From positions 1-37,512 of IMG/VR virus record IMGVR_UViG_3300014656_000013: a DNA stretch of 37,512 nucleotides; one strand, 5' to 3'. Made by a program: the position numbers and the translations under genes. A model generated the notes under the pieces. The model was not told where the DNA came from. It did not search any database and worked only from the letters and a program-made list of their open reading frames with translations. Shown in pieces: positions 7,303 to 14,871 of this stretch. Positions within the stretch are counted from its first letter, which is position 1, and the number at the start of each line of letters is the position of its first letter. This DNA is from a virus (Duplodnaviria; Caudoviricetes).

Positions 7303-8004
7303 ATGCAGACATACGAGAAATGCGGCAGACCAATCCAATCCCTAGTCAACGACGCCCGCCGTCGCTGGCACCAAGTGTTGGAGCAGTGTGGCGTCACCAT
7401 TGCGGCGATCTTCGTTGACGACGTCGACAAGGAGAGCGGTAAGAGTCACCAGACGCTCAAAGCAGGCGGATACGCGGCGGCTGCGACCATTGCGATCGTG
7501 CCGCTGAAGTACCGCGTGCTCGGCGTGGCGGACACGCTGCTCACCGTTGACGCGGCCACGTGGGCCAAGTTGGACGACGAGGAGAAAACAGCGCTGGTCG
7601 ACCATGAGCTCGAGCACGTGCTAGTCCGGGCGGCGAAGCGTGGCTTCGTCGGGCTGGACGGCGACGGGAAAGCGGACCGCTCGGCGAGGCTGGACGACCA
7701 CCGGCGGCCCGTGCTCAAGCTGCGACTGCACGACTGGCAGCTCGGCGGCTTCCGAGACGTAGCGCAGCGGCACCGCTCGGCGGCGATCGAGGTCCAGGCG
7801 GCGCGGCGGCACCGGGAGCCGGGTGGGCAGTATGCGTGGGACTTTGGGAGCGGGCGGATCATGCCTGAAGACGCACTGGACGATAGACTGGTTGCCGAGC
7901 TGACCGACGAGGAGTTGCTCGACGCCATGGTAACGGGGCAGCGCAAGTCCGTGGTCCAGCACCTCGACGCTGCAGACCTCGAGGCGGGGCACGGTGAGCC
8001 GTGA
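7303..8004 (+). CDS. Putative phage metallopeptidase
   Basis: W..L...EKTALVDHELEH (HExxH) followed by LRLHD...GGF.DV..RH; GGAGGAG SD. Confidence 0.75.
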   Translation: MQTYEKCGRPIQSLVNDARRRWHQVLEQCGVTIAAIFVDDVDKESGKSHQTLKAGGYAAAATIAIVPLKYRVLGVADTLLTVDAATWAKLDDEEKTALVDHELEHVLVRAAKRGFVGLDGDGKADRSARLDDHRRPVLKLRLHDWQLGGFRDVAQRHRSAAIEVQAARRHREPGGQYAWDFGSGRIMPEDALDDRLVAELTDEELLDAMVTGQRKSVVQHLDAADLEAGHGEP

Positions 8005-8249
8005 CCCGCCACCACAAGACCTGCAAGCGCGGCGACGCGTGCACCCTGTACAGCGGCAGGCCGTCTGCTGCGCTGTGCCGGGTACATCACTGGAAGGCCG
8101 GCGACGTGCTCGAAGGCGACGAGGGCTACGGCCCGGAGCGCATCACGCTGACTGCCGTTGGCGAGCAGAGCATCCTGGCCAAGGGGCCGGGCGGCTACGA
8201 GTCGGCGTGGACGCTCGCTAGCCGGTGCTGGGGAAGGGTGAGGATATGA
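8001..8249 (+). CDS. Hypothetical protein (82 aa)
   Basis: GTGA/ATGA overlaps with both neighbours. Confidence 0.7.
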   Translation: MTRHHKTCKRGDACTLYSGRPSAALCRVHHWKAGDVLEGDEGYGPERITLTAVGEQSILAKGPGGYESAWTLASRCWGRVRI

Positions 8250-8647
8250 GACGCCGCCCCGAAGCGCGCCTGGAACGAGACGTCTTGCTCGAGTTCGGCG
8301 CGGACCCGACTCTGGCCCTTTACCGAAACGAGGTGGGGCAGGGCTACTACGGGTGCATCCGGTCGCTGCTCTGCGACCCGGTGCGCGGAGTGCTGGCGGG
8401 CTCGCCGCTGCTCAAACCGGTGCAGCATGTGCTCTACCGCAACCGCGTCACCTACGGCCTCGGCGTCGGCTCGACGGATCTGGTCGGCATCCAGGCGCCG
8501 ATCGGGCGCTTCCTCGGCTTCGAGCTCAAAGCCGGCTCGGAGACGTCGCCGGAGCAGCTCACCTGGCACGAGGCGGCGCGGTCGAGGGGGGCGCTCATCG
8601 AGGTGGTGCGGAGCGTGGATGAGATGAGGAAGGTGTTGACGGGATGA
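8246..8647 (+). CDS. VRR-NUC-type endonuclease / Holliday junction resolvase-like
   Basis: GSTDLVG...RFLGFELKA...SPEQLTW...RG...VVRSVDE motif; ATG 8246 with GAGG SD. Confidence 0.85.
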   Translation: MRRRPEARLERDVLLEFGADPTLALYRNEVGQGYYGCIRSLLCDPVRGVLAGSPLLKPVQHVLYRNRVTYGLGVGSTDLVGIQAPIGRFLGFELKAGSETSPEQLTWHEAARSRGALIEVVRSVDEMRKVLTG

Positions 8648-10104
8648 GCCGCCTAGTACTGACCGGCGACTGCCGCGCCGTCATGGCCACGCTTGCCGAT
8701 GCCTTGGTGGACGCGGTGGTGACTGACCCGCCGTATGAATTGACTAACGGCAAGGGCGGCGGCGGCGGTTTCATGGGGAAAGCGTGGGATGCCACCGGGA
8801 TCGCTTTCGACGTGCCGATGTGGACCGAGGTGCTCCGGGTTCTGAAGCCCGGCGGTCACCTGCTCGCGTTTGGCGGGACCAGGACGAGTCACCGGATGGT
8901 GTGCGCGATTGAGGACGCGGGGTTCGTGGTGCGTGACTCGCTGGTTTGGATGTATGGGAGCGGGTTCCCCAAGTCGCTGGACGTATCCAAGGCCATCGAC
9001 AAGGCGGCTGGGGCGGAGCGGGAGGTGGTGGGGACTCGGAAGCTTACCGGAACGGCTCGCTGCGTCGGGCAAGCTGGCGGCTACGCGGCGACGGCTGGAC
9101 GAGTAGAGCAGGCATACGCTGAGACCGAATTGCGGGAGACGCTAGAATTGACCGCCCCCGCCACCCCCCTAGCCCGCCAATGGGACGGCTGGGGGACTGC
9201 GCTCAAGCCCGCCCACGAGCCCATCTGCCTCGCCCGCAAGCCGCTGGTGGGGACTGTCGCCGCCAACGTGACCGAGTTCGGGACGGGGGCGATCAATGTG
9301 GATGGGTGTCGGGTGGGGACGAGCAAGCGGGTGCCAGCAAGCCCGCGCGCTGGGCAGGATCGTATCTTCGGCACCTACGGGCCACAGGACGGCACCGAAT
9401 CTGGGCACGACCCAAACATCGGCCGCTGGCCCCCCAACGTCCTGCTAGACGACGAGGCCGCCGCGATGCTGGACGAGCAGAGTGGGGAGCGGCCATCGAC
9501 GTTGACGGGGCGCGCGGACCCGTTGTCGAGCCACGTCCACCCAGCCGACCCGAGCCGGACGCGTGGCTCCATGTTCGGCAACGAGCGCGCCCGGGCTGAT
9601 GTGTACGCCGACACCGGCGGCGCCTCCCGCTTCTTCCCCCGCTTCAACTACTGCGCCAAGGCCTCGACCGCTGAGAGAGAATGTGGACTGGACGACTTCC
9701 CGATCCATAGCGGCGGTGAGTGCACCGACCGACAAGACGACAGCGCAGGCCTGAACAGTCCGCGAGCGGGTGCTGGTCGCCGAGGTGGCCGCCGCAACAC
9801 TCACCCCACCGTCAAGCCCGTCGAGTTAATGCGGTGGCTGGTCCGCCTCATCACCCCACCGGGTGGCCTGGTCCTGGACCCGTTCACCGGCTCCGGTACG
9901 ACCGGCATGGCCTGCGCGCTGGAGGGCTTCCGGTTCGTCGGCATCGAGCTGGACGAGCACCATGCTGACATCGCACGGGCGCGCATCCGGTACGCTGGGC
10001 AGCGGCGGGGGCGCCGGCTACTGCCCGATCCGGTCGCGGCGGACGATCCGAGGCAGCTGGGGCTCTTTGTTGACGGAGGCGGCTGTGGCGTGGCAGACTC
10101 GTGA
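8644..10104 (+). CDS. Orphan DNA N6-adenine/N4-cytosine methyltransferase (beta class)
   Basis: Catalytic VTDPPY near the N-terminus; HPTVKP and SAM-binding LDPFTGSGTTG near the C-terminus. Confidence 0.93.
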   Translation: MSRLVLTGDCRAVMATLADALVDAVVTDPPYELTNGKGGGGGFMGKAWDATGIAFDVPMWTEVLRVLKPGGHLLAFGGTRTSHRMVCAIEDAGFVVRDSLVWMYGSGFPKSLDVSKAIDKAAGAEREVVGTRKLTGTARCVGQAGGYAATAGRVEQAYAETELRETLELTAPATPLARQWDGWGTALKPAHEPICLARKPLVGTVAANVTEFGTGAINVDGCRVGTSKRVPASPRAGQDRIFGTYGPQDGTESGHDPNIGRWPPNVLLDDEAAAMLDEQSGERPSTLTGRADPLSSHVHPADPSRTRGSMFGNERARADVYADTGGASRFFPRFNYCAKASTAERECGLDDFPIHSGGECTDRQDDSAGLNSPRAGAGRRGGRRNTHPTVKPVELMRWLVRLITPPGGLVLDPFTGSGTTGMACALEGFRFVGIELDEHHADIARARIRYAGQRRGRRLLPDPVAADDPRQLGLFVDGGGCGVADS

Positions 10105-10106
10105 GC

Positions 10107-10193
10107 GTGAGACCGGTAGCAGTGAGCTTCTGACATGTGCCCCCGCTGAGGGGAGCCGGTCTCACAACCCGTCAGAAGCTCACTGGTGCCGGT
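10107..10193 (+). ncRNA. Candidate structured cis-RNA (pseudoknot/alternative folds) before the primase gene
   Basis: Perfect 15-bp pairing 10120-10134/10171-10185; perfect 10-bp pairing 10107-10116/10156-10165; inner CCCC-gctga-GGGG hairpin. Confidence 0.6.
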
Positions 10194-10212
10194 TGCGTGC
10201 GTGGTGCAGACG

Positions 10213-12324
10213 ATGACGGACCTACCTCTACCAACCCCCTACATCACCCGCTGGCGCTCGCTCACTGACATCACTGCCGAGAGGTCCTCGGTGACAACGT
10301 GGCCCGCGCTGATCCGTTGGCTGTCGCTGCCCCGTCCAGAGCATGACGACCGCGAGCAACCGGGCTGGTCCGCTGCGCTGTTCAACCCGCCGGTGCGAGC
10401 CGGTAAGTACGTCCAGGCGGTGTCGCTGCTCGTCTTCGACGTCGACAGCGGGGCACCCATGTCCACCGCTGCTCGGGCCCTCGATGGTATCCTCGGCGCG
10501 CTCGTGACCAGCCGACGGCACACCGAGGAGCACCACCGCTACAGGATCGTCTTGGCCCAGTCCCGGCCGACGACACCGGACGAGCATGCTCACGTCTGGG
10601 CCGCCGTCGCTGACCAGCTCGCCGCGGCTGGCGTCGAGGTCGACCAAGCCACGAAGGACCCCGGGCGGTTCTGGTTCCTGCCGAGCGGGCGGCCCATCGT
10701 GGTGGAGATCAACGGCGAACCGCTCGACGTCGCCGTGGTGTTGTCGCTGCCGCTGCCTGCCGAGGCGCCCGCAGAGGCTCCTGCGGCGCCCGCTCGACCC
10801 GCCGGGGGCAACGGTGCCACAGTCGACGGCGAGCGGCCTGGGGACGCCTGGGCGCGCACGGCGAGCTGGGATGATCTGCTCGTGCCTCGCGGTTGGCGCC
10901 GAGCTGGCCGGCAGGGCGACCAGGACACATGGACGCGACCGGGCAAGTCCCGTGGCACCAGCGCGACCTGCGACGGTGACCACTTCTACTGTTTCACGAG
11001 CAACGCCGCGCCGCTCGAGCCGCACCGCTCCTATGACAAACTGGGCCTGCTGGCGGCGCTCGAGCACGGCGGTGACCTGCGTGCGGCGGTCCGGCAGCTC
11101 GCCTCCGACGGGTACGGGGAGCGGCGCACCCCTGCAGGGCCGGCCAGCCGGCCTGCCATGCTGGACGAGGACACACCTGAGGCGTGCCAGGACGACGATC
11201 CGTGGCTCGACCCGGACCGGCTGCCGGACGACGAGCTCCCCCCGCCGCCGGACCCGGACGGCCCCTTGCCTGACCGGGCCATGTCCTGCCCTGAGATCGC
11301 CGCGCCTCTCCCTCCGCTCGACTACCTCCTCGAGGAGTACGGGCTTGTCGCCGGCCCCGGTACGCCGCACATGATCGCCGGCTACGGCGGCTCGGGCAAG
11401 ACCATGGCCTGCCAGTCGATGCTGCTCAGCCTCGCCTCCGGCCGCCCGGTATGGGGTCAGTACCGCTCACAGCGCACCTACCGGGTGGCGCACGTGGATC
11501 TTGAGCAGGGCGAGCGGCTCACGCGGTGGCGGTACCAGCGGCTGGCCAGGGGCATGGGGCTCTACCTGCCGCAGCTCGGCGATGCCCTGCAGCTCTACGC
11601 CATGCCGCAGGGGCTGACGCTGAGCACGGGGTGCCGGGAACGCTGGCTGCGCATCATGGCCGAGCGGGATCTGGTGATCGTGGACTCGCTCAGGGTCGCC
11701 TCGGCTGGACGGGAGGAGAACAGCTCGGAGATCCGTGAGTGCCTGGACCTGCTCGGCGCGTGGTCGGACCTGACCGGCTGCCGGGGGCTCGTGCTCCACC
11801 ATGCCCGCAAGCCAGCCGCCGAACAACCAGCCGGGGGGCTGTATTCGATCCGGGGCTCGAGCGCCCTGGTGGACGGAGCAGACTCGATCCTGGTGCTGGG
11901 CCGGCGCTCCCGGGACGAGCCGATCGAGATGGTCCACGAGCGAGCTCGGAGCCACGGACACCTCGGCCCAGACCAGGCGCTGGTGATAGACGACGTGCCG
12001 GCCGAGCCCGAGGCCGAAGACCAGAGCCCGGGGCTGGTGGTGTCGGTGAGGGGGGCTGAGATGGTGGTTGAGGTCAGGGAGCGGGTAGCAGAGCAGCGAC
12101 GCCAGGAGCAGGCGGAGCGTGACGCCGGGCGAATCCGCAAGGCGCTCCAGGTCCACCCGCTGGGTCTGTCGACCAGGGAGCTCAGGGACACGACGTGCCT
12201 ATCTGGCACTCGGTGCGCGGCGGCAGTGTCGGCGCTCGGAGGGCAGCTGACCAGGAAGCCTGGCCCTCACCGTTCTACCATCCACGCACTCACCGTTTCA
12301 TGTGGACAACAGGTGGACAAATGA
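10213..12324 (+). CDS. Primase-helicase fusion: AEP-like primase N-terminus, AAA_25/RSF1010 RepA-like helicase, probable C-terminal HTH
   Basis: LVFDVD, TSRRH..HRYRIVL, D.ATKDPGRFWFLP; Walker A AGYGGSGKT; Walker B LVIVDSL; HHARK; IRGSSAL. Start is ATG 10213 or GTG 10186. Confidence 0.88.
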   Translation: MTDLPLPTPYITRWRSLTDITAERSSVTTWPALIRWLSLPRPEHDDREQPGWSAALFNPPVRAGKYVQAVSLLVFDVDSGAPMSTAARALDGILGALVTSRRHTEEHHRYRIVLAQSRPTTPDEHAHVWAAVADQLAAAGVEVDQATKDPGRFWFLPSGRPIVVEINGEPLDVAVVLSLPLPAEAPAEAPAAPARPAGGNGATVDGERPGDAWARTASWDDLLVPRGWRRAGRQGDQDTWTRPGKSRGTSATCDGDHFYCFTSNAAPLEPHRSYDKLGLLAALEHGGDLRAAVRQLASDGYGERRTPAGPASRPAMLDEDTPEACQDDDPWLDPDRLPDDELPPPPDPDGPLPDRAMSCPEIAAPLPPLDYLLEEYGLVAGPGTPHMIAGYGGSGKTMACQSMLLSLASGRPVWGQYRSQRTYRVAHVDLEQGERLTRWRYQRLARGMGLYLPQLGDALQLYAMPQGLTLSTGCRERWLRIMAERDLVIVDSLRVASAGREENSSEIRECLDLLGAWSDLTGCRGLVLHHARKPAAEQPAGGLYSIRGSSALVDGADSILVLGRRSRDEPIEMVHERARSHGHLGPDQALVIDDVPAEPEAEDQSPGLVVSVRGAEMVVEVRERVAEQRRQEQAERDAGRIRKALQVHPLGLSTRELRDTTCLSGTRCAAAVSALGGQLTRKPGPHRSTIHALTVSCGQQVDK

Positions 12325-12452
12325 CAATGTCCACACGTGTCCACACTAGCGGTCCAGTGATGTGGACAGACCCCGAAGGGGTCCACGTCCACACACTGGC
12401 CGGTGTGGTGCAATTTGTCCACATGTGTCCACCCACTCGGAGCTTGTCCACA
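12301..12452. repeat. Cluster of DnaA-box-like/iteron repeats; candidate replication origin
   Basis: Ten GTCCAC/GTGGAC hexamers in both orientations within about 150 bp, three of them exact TTGTCCACA (12301-12309 reverse, 12415-12423, 12444-12452). Confidence 0.75.
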
Positions 12453-12631
12453 TGCCAAGGCTGACAAGCAAGCCCTCGGAGCCCTGCCCGGCCTGCCTCG
12501 GCGCCGGTGTCCTGCCCTGGCTCGACCTGCGCTCGAGGTACGACCCGGAGGAGTGGCGGATCCTGAGGTGGGAGAGGTGCCGCTGTTCAAGGCGGGTGGC
12601 AAGCGATCCGGGGAGCGTGTTATGCTGGTAG
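12452..12631 (+). CDS. Small Cys-rich hypothetical protein (59 aa)
   Basis: ATG 12452 with GGAG SD; CPACLGAG...RCRC. Confidence 0.55.
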   Translation: MPRLTSKPSEPCPACLGAGVLPWLDLRSRYDPEEWRILRWERCRCSRRVASDPGSVLCW

Positions 12632-12648
12632 CAGCGCCGGGAGCAGCC

Positions 12649-12993
12649 ATGGGGAGTGTAGCGAAACGTGGGATAGGAAGGCCGTTTCAGCCAGGCCAGA
12701 GCGGGAACCCTAGTGGACGGGCGAAGCTCACCGAGTCGCAGCGCAAGGCCCACAAGCTTGGCAAGGCGCTCGCGTTGCCGGCGTTGCGGAAGCTTTGGCG
12801 CACCGCGCTCATCACCACCGATGATGCCGTGCGGGCGCGCATCTTGCTGGCCATCGTCGAGCGCTGGTCAGGGGATGACGACGACGCTCCAGCACTCGCC
12901 GGCCTGCCGCTCAAGGACCGTCTGCGGCTGATGGAGCGCGCCACGAAGGAGCTACGCCGCCAGCTCGCCGAGGACGATGACGATGAGCTGTAG
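12649..12993 (+). CDS. Terminase small subunit-like (DUF5681 motif)
   Basis: GRPFQPGQSGNPSGR motif; directly upstream of the large terminase; GGAG SD; possible extended -10 TGtTATGCT at 12618-12626. Confidence 0.75.
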   Translation: MGSVAKRGIGRPFQPGQSGNPSGRAKLTESQRKAHKLGKALALPALRKLWRTALITTDDAVRARILLAIVERWSGDDDDAPALAGLPLKDRLRLMERATKELRRQLAEDDDDEL

Positions 12994-14590
12994 CGACGAG
13001 CTGGCCTATGCCGGCTATCTGGTGGGCGACGAGGAGAGCGCCGAGGGCACACTTGAGGAGTACCTGTGCGAGGAGCGCTACTGCGGGCTGATCGAGGCGA
13101 GCCCGCTACAACGCGCCGTGTGCCGGGCGGCCGATGGGCTACCAATGGGCGGCATCGTTACCGCCGAGCAGCTCCGGGAGCACTTCGGGTGCGCGGCGGT
13201 GCCTATGGTGCGCCCTCGTCTCGTGGCGCTCGTCGCTGGCGTCCGTGGTGGCAAGTCCCGGCTCGCCGGCACTGCGGCGCTCTATGCGGCGCTCACGACG
13301 GACCTGGGTATGATCCAGCAGCACGAGGTGCCGCGCTTCGCCGTGGTGGCTCCGACGGTGGACGCGGCCACTGCCACCTACACGCTCATCGTCGGCATGG
13401 CGCACGCCTCGCCGGTGCTGAGCCGCTACGTCGTGGGCGACCCGACGGCGAGCACGCTGCGGATTATGCGGCCAGACAACCGCCTGGTGGAGATCGTGGT
13501 CGTGGCGGCCCACCGAGGAGGTCTGAGCGTGCGCAACCGGTGGCTCGTCGGCTTCGTGCTGGACGAGGTCGCGCAGTTCGGGGCGCAGGCAATGGGCGCG
13601 CAAGTCAATGCCGAGGAGATTCTACAGGCCGCCGAGACAAGGTTATTGCCCGGCTGCCAAGGCTGGGTCATCTCCTCGCCATATGGCCCCTCGGGGCTGC
13701 TACATGAGCTATGGCGGGCATACTATGGTAAGCCCAGCGCGGAGCGGCTAGTGGTGCACGCGCCAACCCGGGCATTCAATCCGAGCTTTGAGCAGAGCAA
13801 GATCGACGCTATCCGCGCCGTCAGCCCCGACGTGGCCGCCCGTGAGTATGATGCGACGTGGCTGGAGGCTGACACTGCGTTCTATCCCGAGCAGCACCTG
13901 GCGGCAGCCACGCGGCACGATCCCGTGGTGGTCCCGCCACCGAAGCGCCGCGCCGGCACGTGGCACTTTGCGGCGGCCATGGACCCAGCCAGCAAGGGCA
14001 ACGCGTGGACCTTCCTCGTCCACTGCTTGGTGCCATCCGCGCGCGGGGCACCGCGTCATATCGTCGTCATGGCGGCCCAGTGGATAGGCTCGCGCACCGA
14101 CCCGCTGAGCCCCGAGGAGGTTATGGGCGAGATCGCCACCATCGCCAAGAGCTACGGCGTGCGAATCATCGTCTCGGACATCCACATGTTCGATGCGCTG
14201 CAGGACATCGCGCGCCGGCACAACGTATCGCTCGAGCTCGCGCCGAGCACGGGGCCGGCCAACCTGCGCCGCCATGAGACCGTTGCGGCCCTGCTCGCCG
14301 ATGGCAACCTGGAGCTGCCAGACGAGCCCGACCTGCTCAGTGACCTGCGCCAGGTGCGCAAGATCGCCCTGGCCAACGGACTGCGCGTGGACCTGGACGC
14401 ACCCAACCCGGCGGGGCGGCACTGCGACTACGCTGCGGCGCTGGCGCTGGCCATCGACTACCCGCCAGTGCTATCCTCGCCCGTGGAGTTGGAGGAGGCG
14501 CGGGACGAAGTGATGGATCAGATCATGGCCGAGCGTCAAGAGGCCGAGAGACGGCACCGCCGACGGCTGCCGCGTAGGGGGTTCCGATGA
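12977..14590 (+). CDS. terL: Terminase large subunit
   Basis: Walker A GVRGGKS, Walker B FVLDE, coupling motif ISSP, RNase H-like AAMDPA...HCDYAAAL. Confidence 0.9.
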   Translation: MTMSCSDELAYAGYLVGDEESAEGTLEEYLCEERYCGLIEASPLQRAVCRAADGLPMGGIVTAEQLREHFGCAAVPMVRPRLVALVAGVRGGKSRLAGTAALYAALTTDLGMIQQHEVPRFAVVAPTVDAATATYTLIVGMAHASPVLSRYVVGDPTASTLRIMRPDNRLVEIVVVAAHRGGLSVRNRWLVGFVLDEVAQFGAQAMGAQVNAEEILQAAETRLLPGCQGWVISSPYGPSGLLHELWRAYYGKPSAERLVVHAPTRAFNPSFEQSKIDAIRAVSPDVAAREYDATWLEADTAFYPEQHLAAATRHDPVVVPPPKRRAGTWHFAAAMDPASKGNAWTFLVHCLVPSARGAPRHIVVMAAQWIGSRTDPLSPEEVMGEIATIAKSYGVRIIVSDIHMFDALQDIARRHNVSLELAPSTGPANLRRHETVAALLADGNLELPDEPDLLSDLRQVRKIALANGLRVDLDAPNPAGRHCDYAAALALAIDYPPVLSSPVELEEARDEVMDQIMAERQEAERRHRRRLPRRGFR

Positions 14591-14871
14591 TCAATCGAGC
14601 AGAGCGCAGAGCCGCCGGGTCCGTGCCAGGTGCAGACGTCACCACGCATCCGGCCATCGCACTCCAGTCCGTCAACTTCTCGGTTGCCGTGGCGGGACCG
14701 GGTGGAGGCGCTGGGATCGGCTGGGTTGCTGGCCAGCGCTGCGACGAGCTCGCCTACCTGCCGACCCTCGGACTCGTGGCCATCCGGAAGGGCGTGTCCG
14801 AGACGGCTCACCCGTTGGCCATCGTCACCCGGATGGTGACCTCTGCGCCGCTGCTCGGTGAGGACTCATGA
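14587..14871 (+). CDS. Hypothetical protein (94 aa)
   Basis: ATGA overlaps on both sides; N-terminal NRAERR motif is common in phage proteins. Confidence 0.7.
   Translation: MINRAERRAAGSVPGADVTTHPAIALQSVNFSVAVAGPGGGAGIGWVAGQRCDELAYLPTLGLVAIRKGVSETAHPLAIVTRMVTSAPLLGEDS

Noticed and set aside
10107-10185. Canonical HDV-like/theta ribozyme or SAH riboswitch
   Set aside because: The topology is similar, but I cannot place the P1.1 GG, the L3 or the J4/2 consensus, nor the SAH core motifs. Kept only as an unclassified structure.
10102-10212. Stop-codon readthrough fusing the methyltransferase and primase (same frame, pseudoknot after the TGA)
   Set aside because: Further in-frame stops follow immediately (TGA 10108-10110, TAG 10117-10119).
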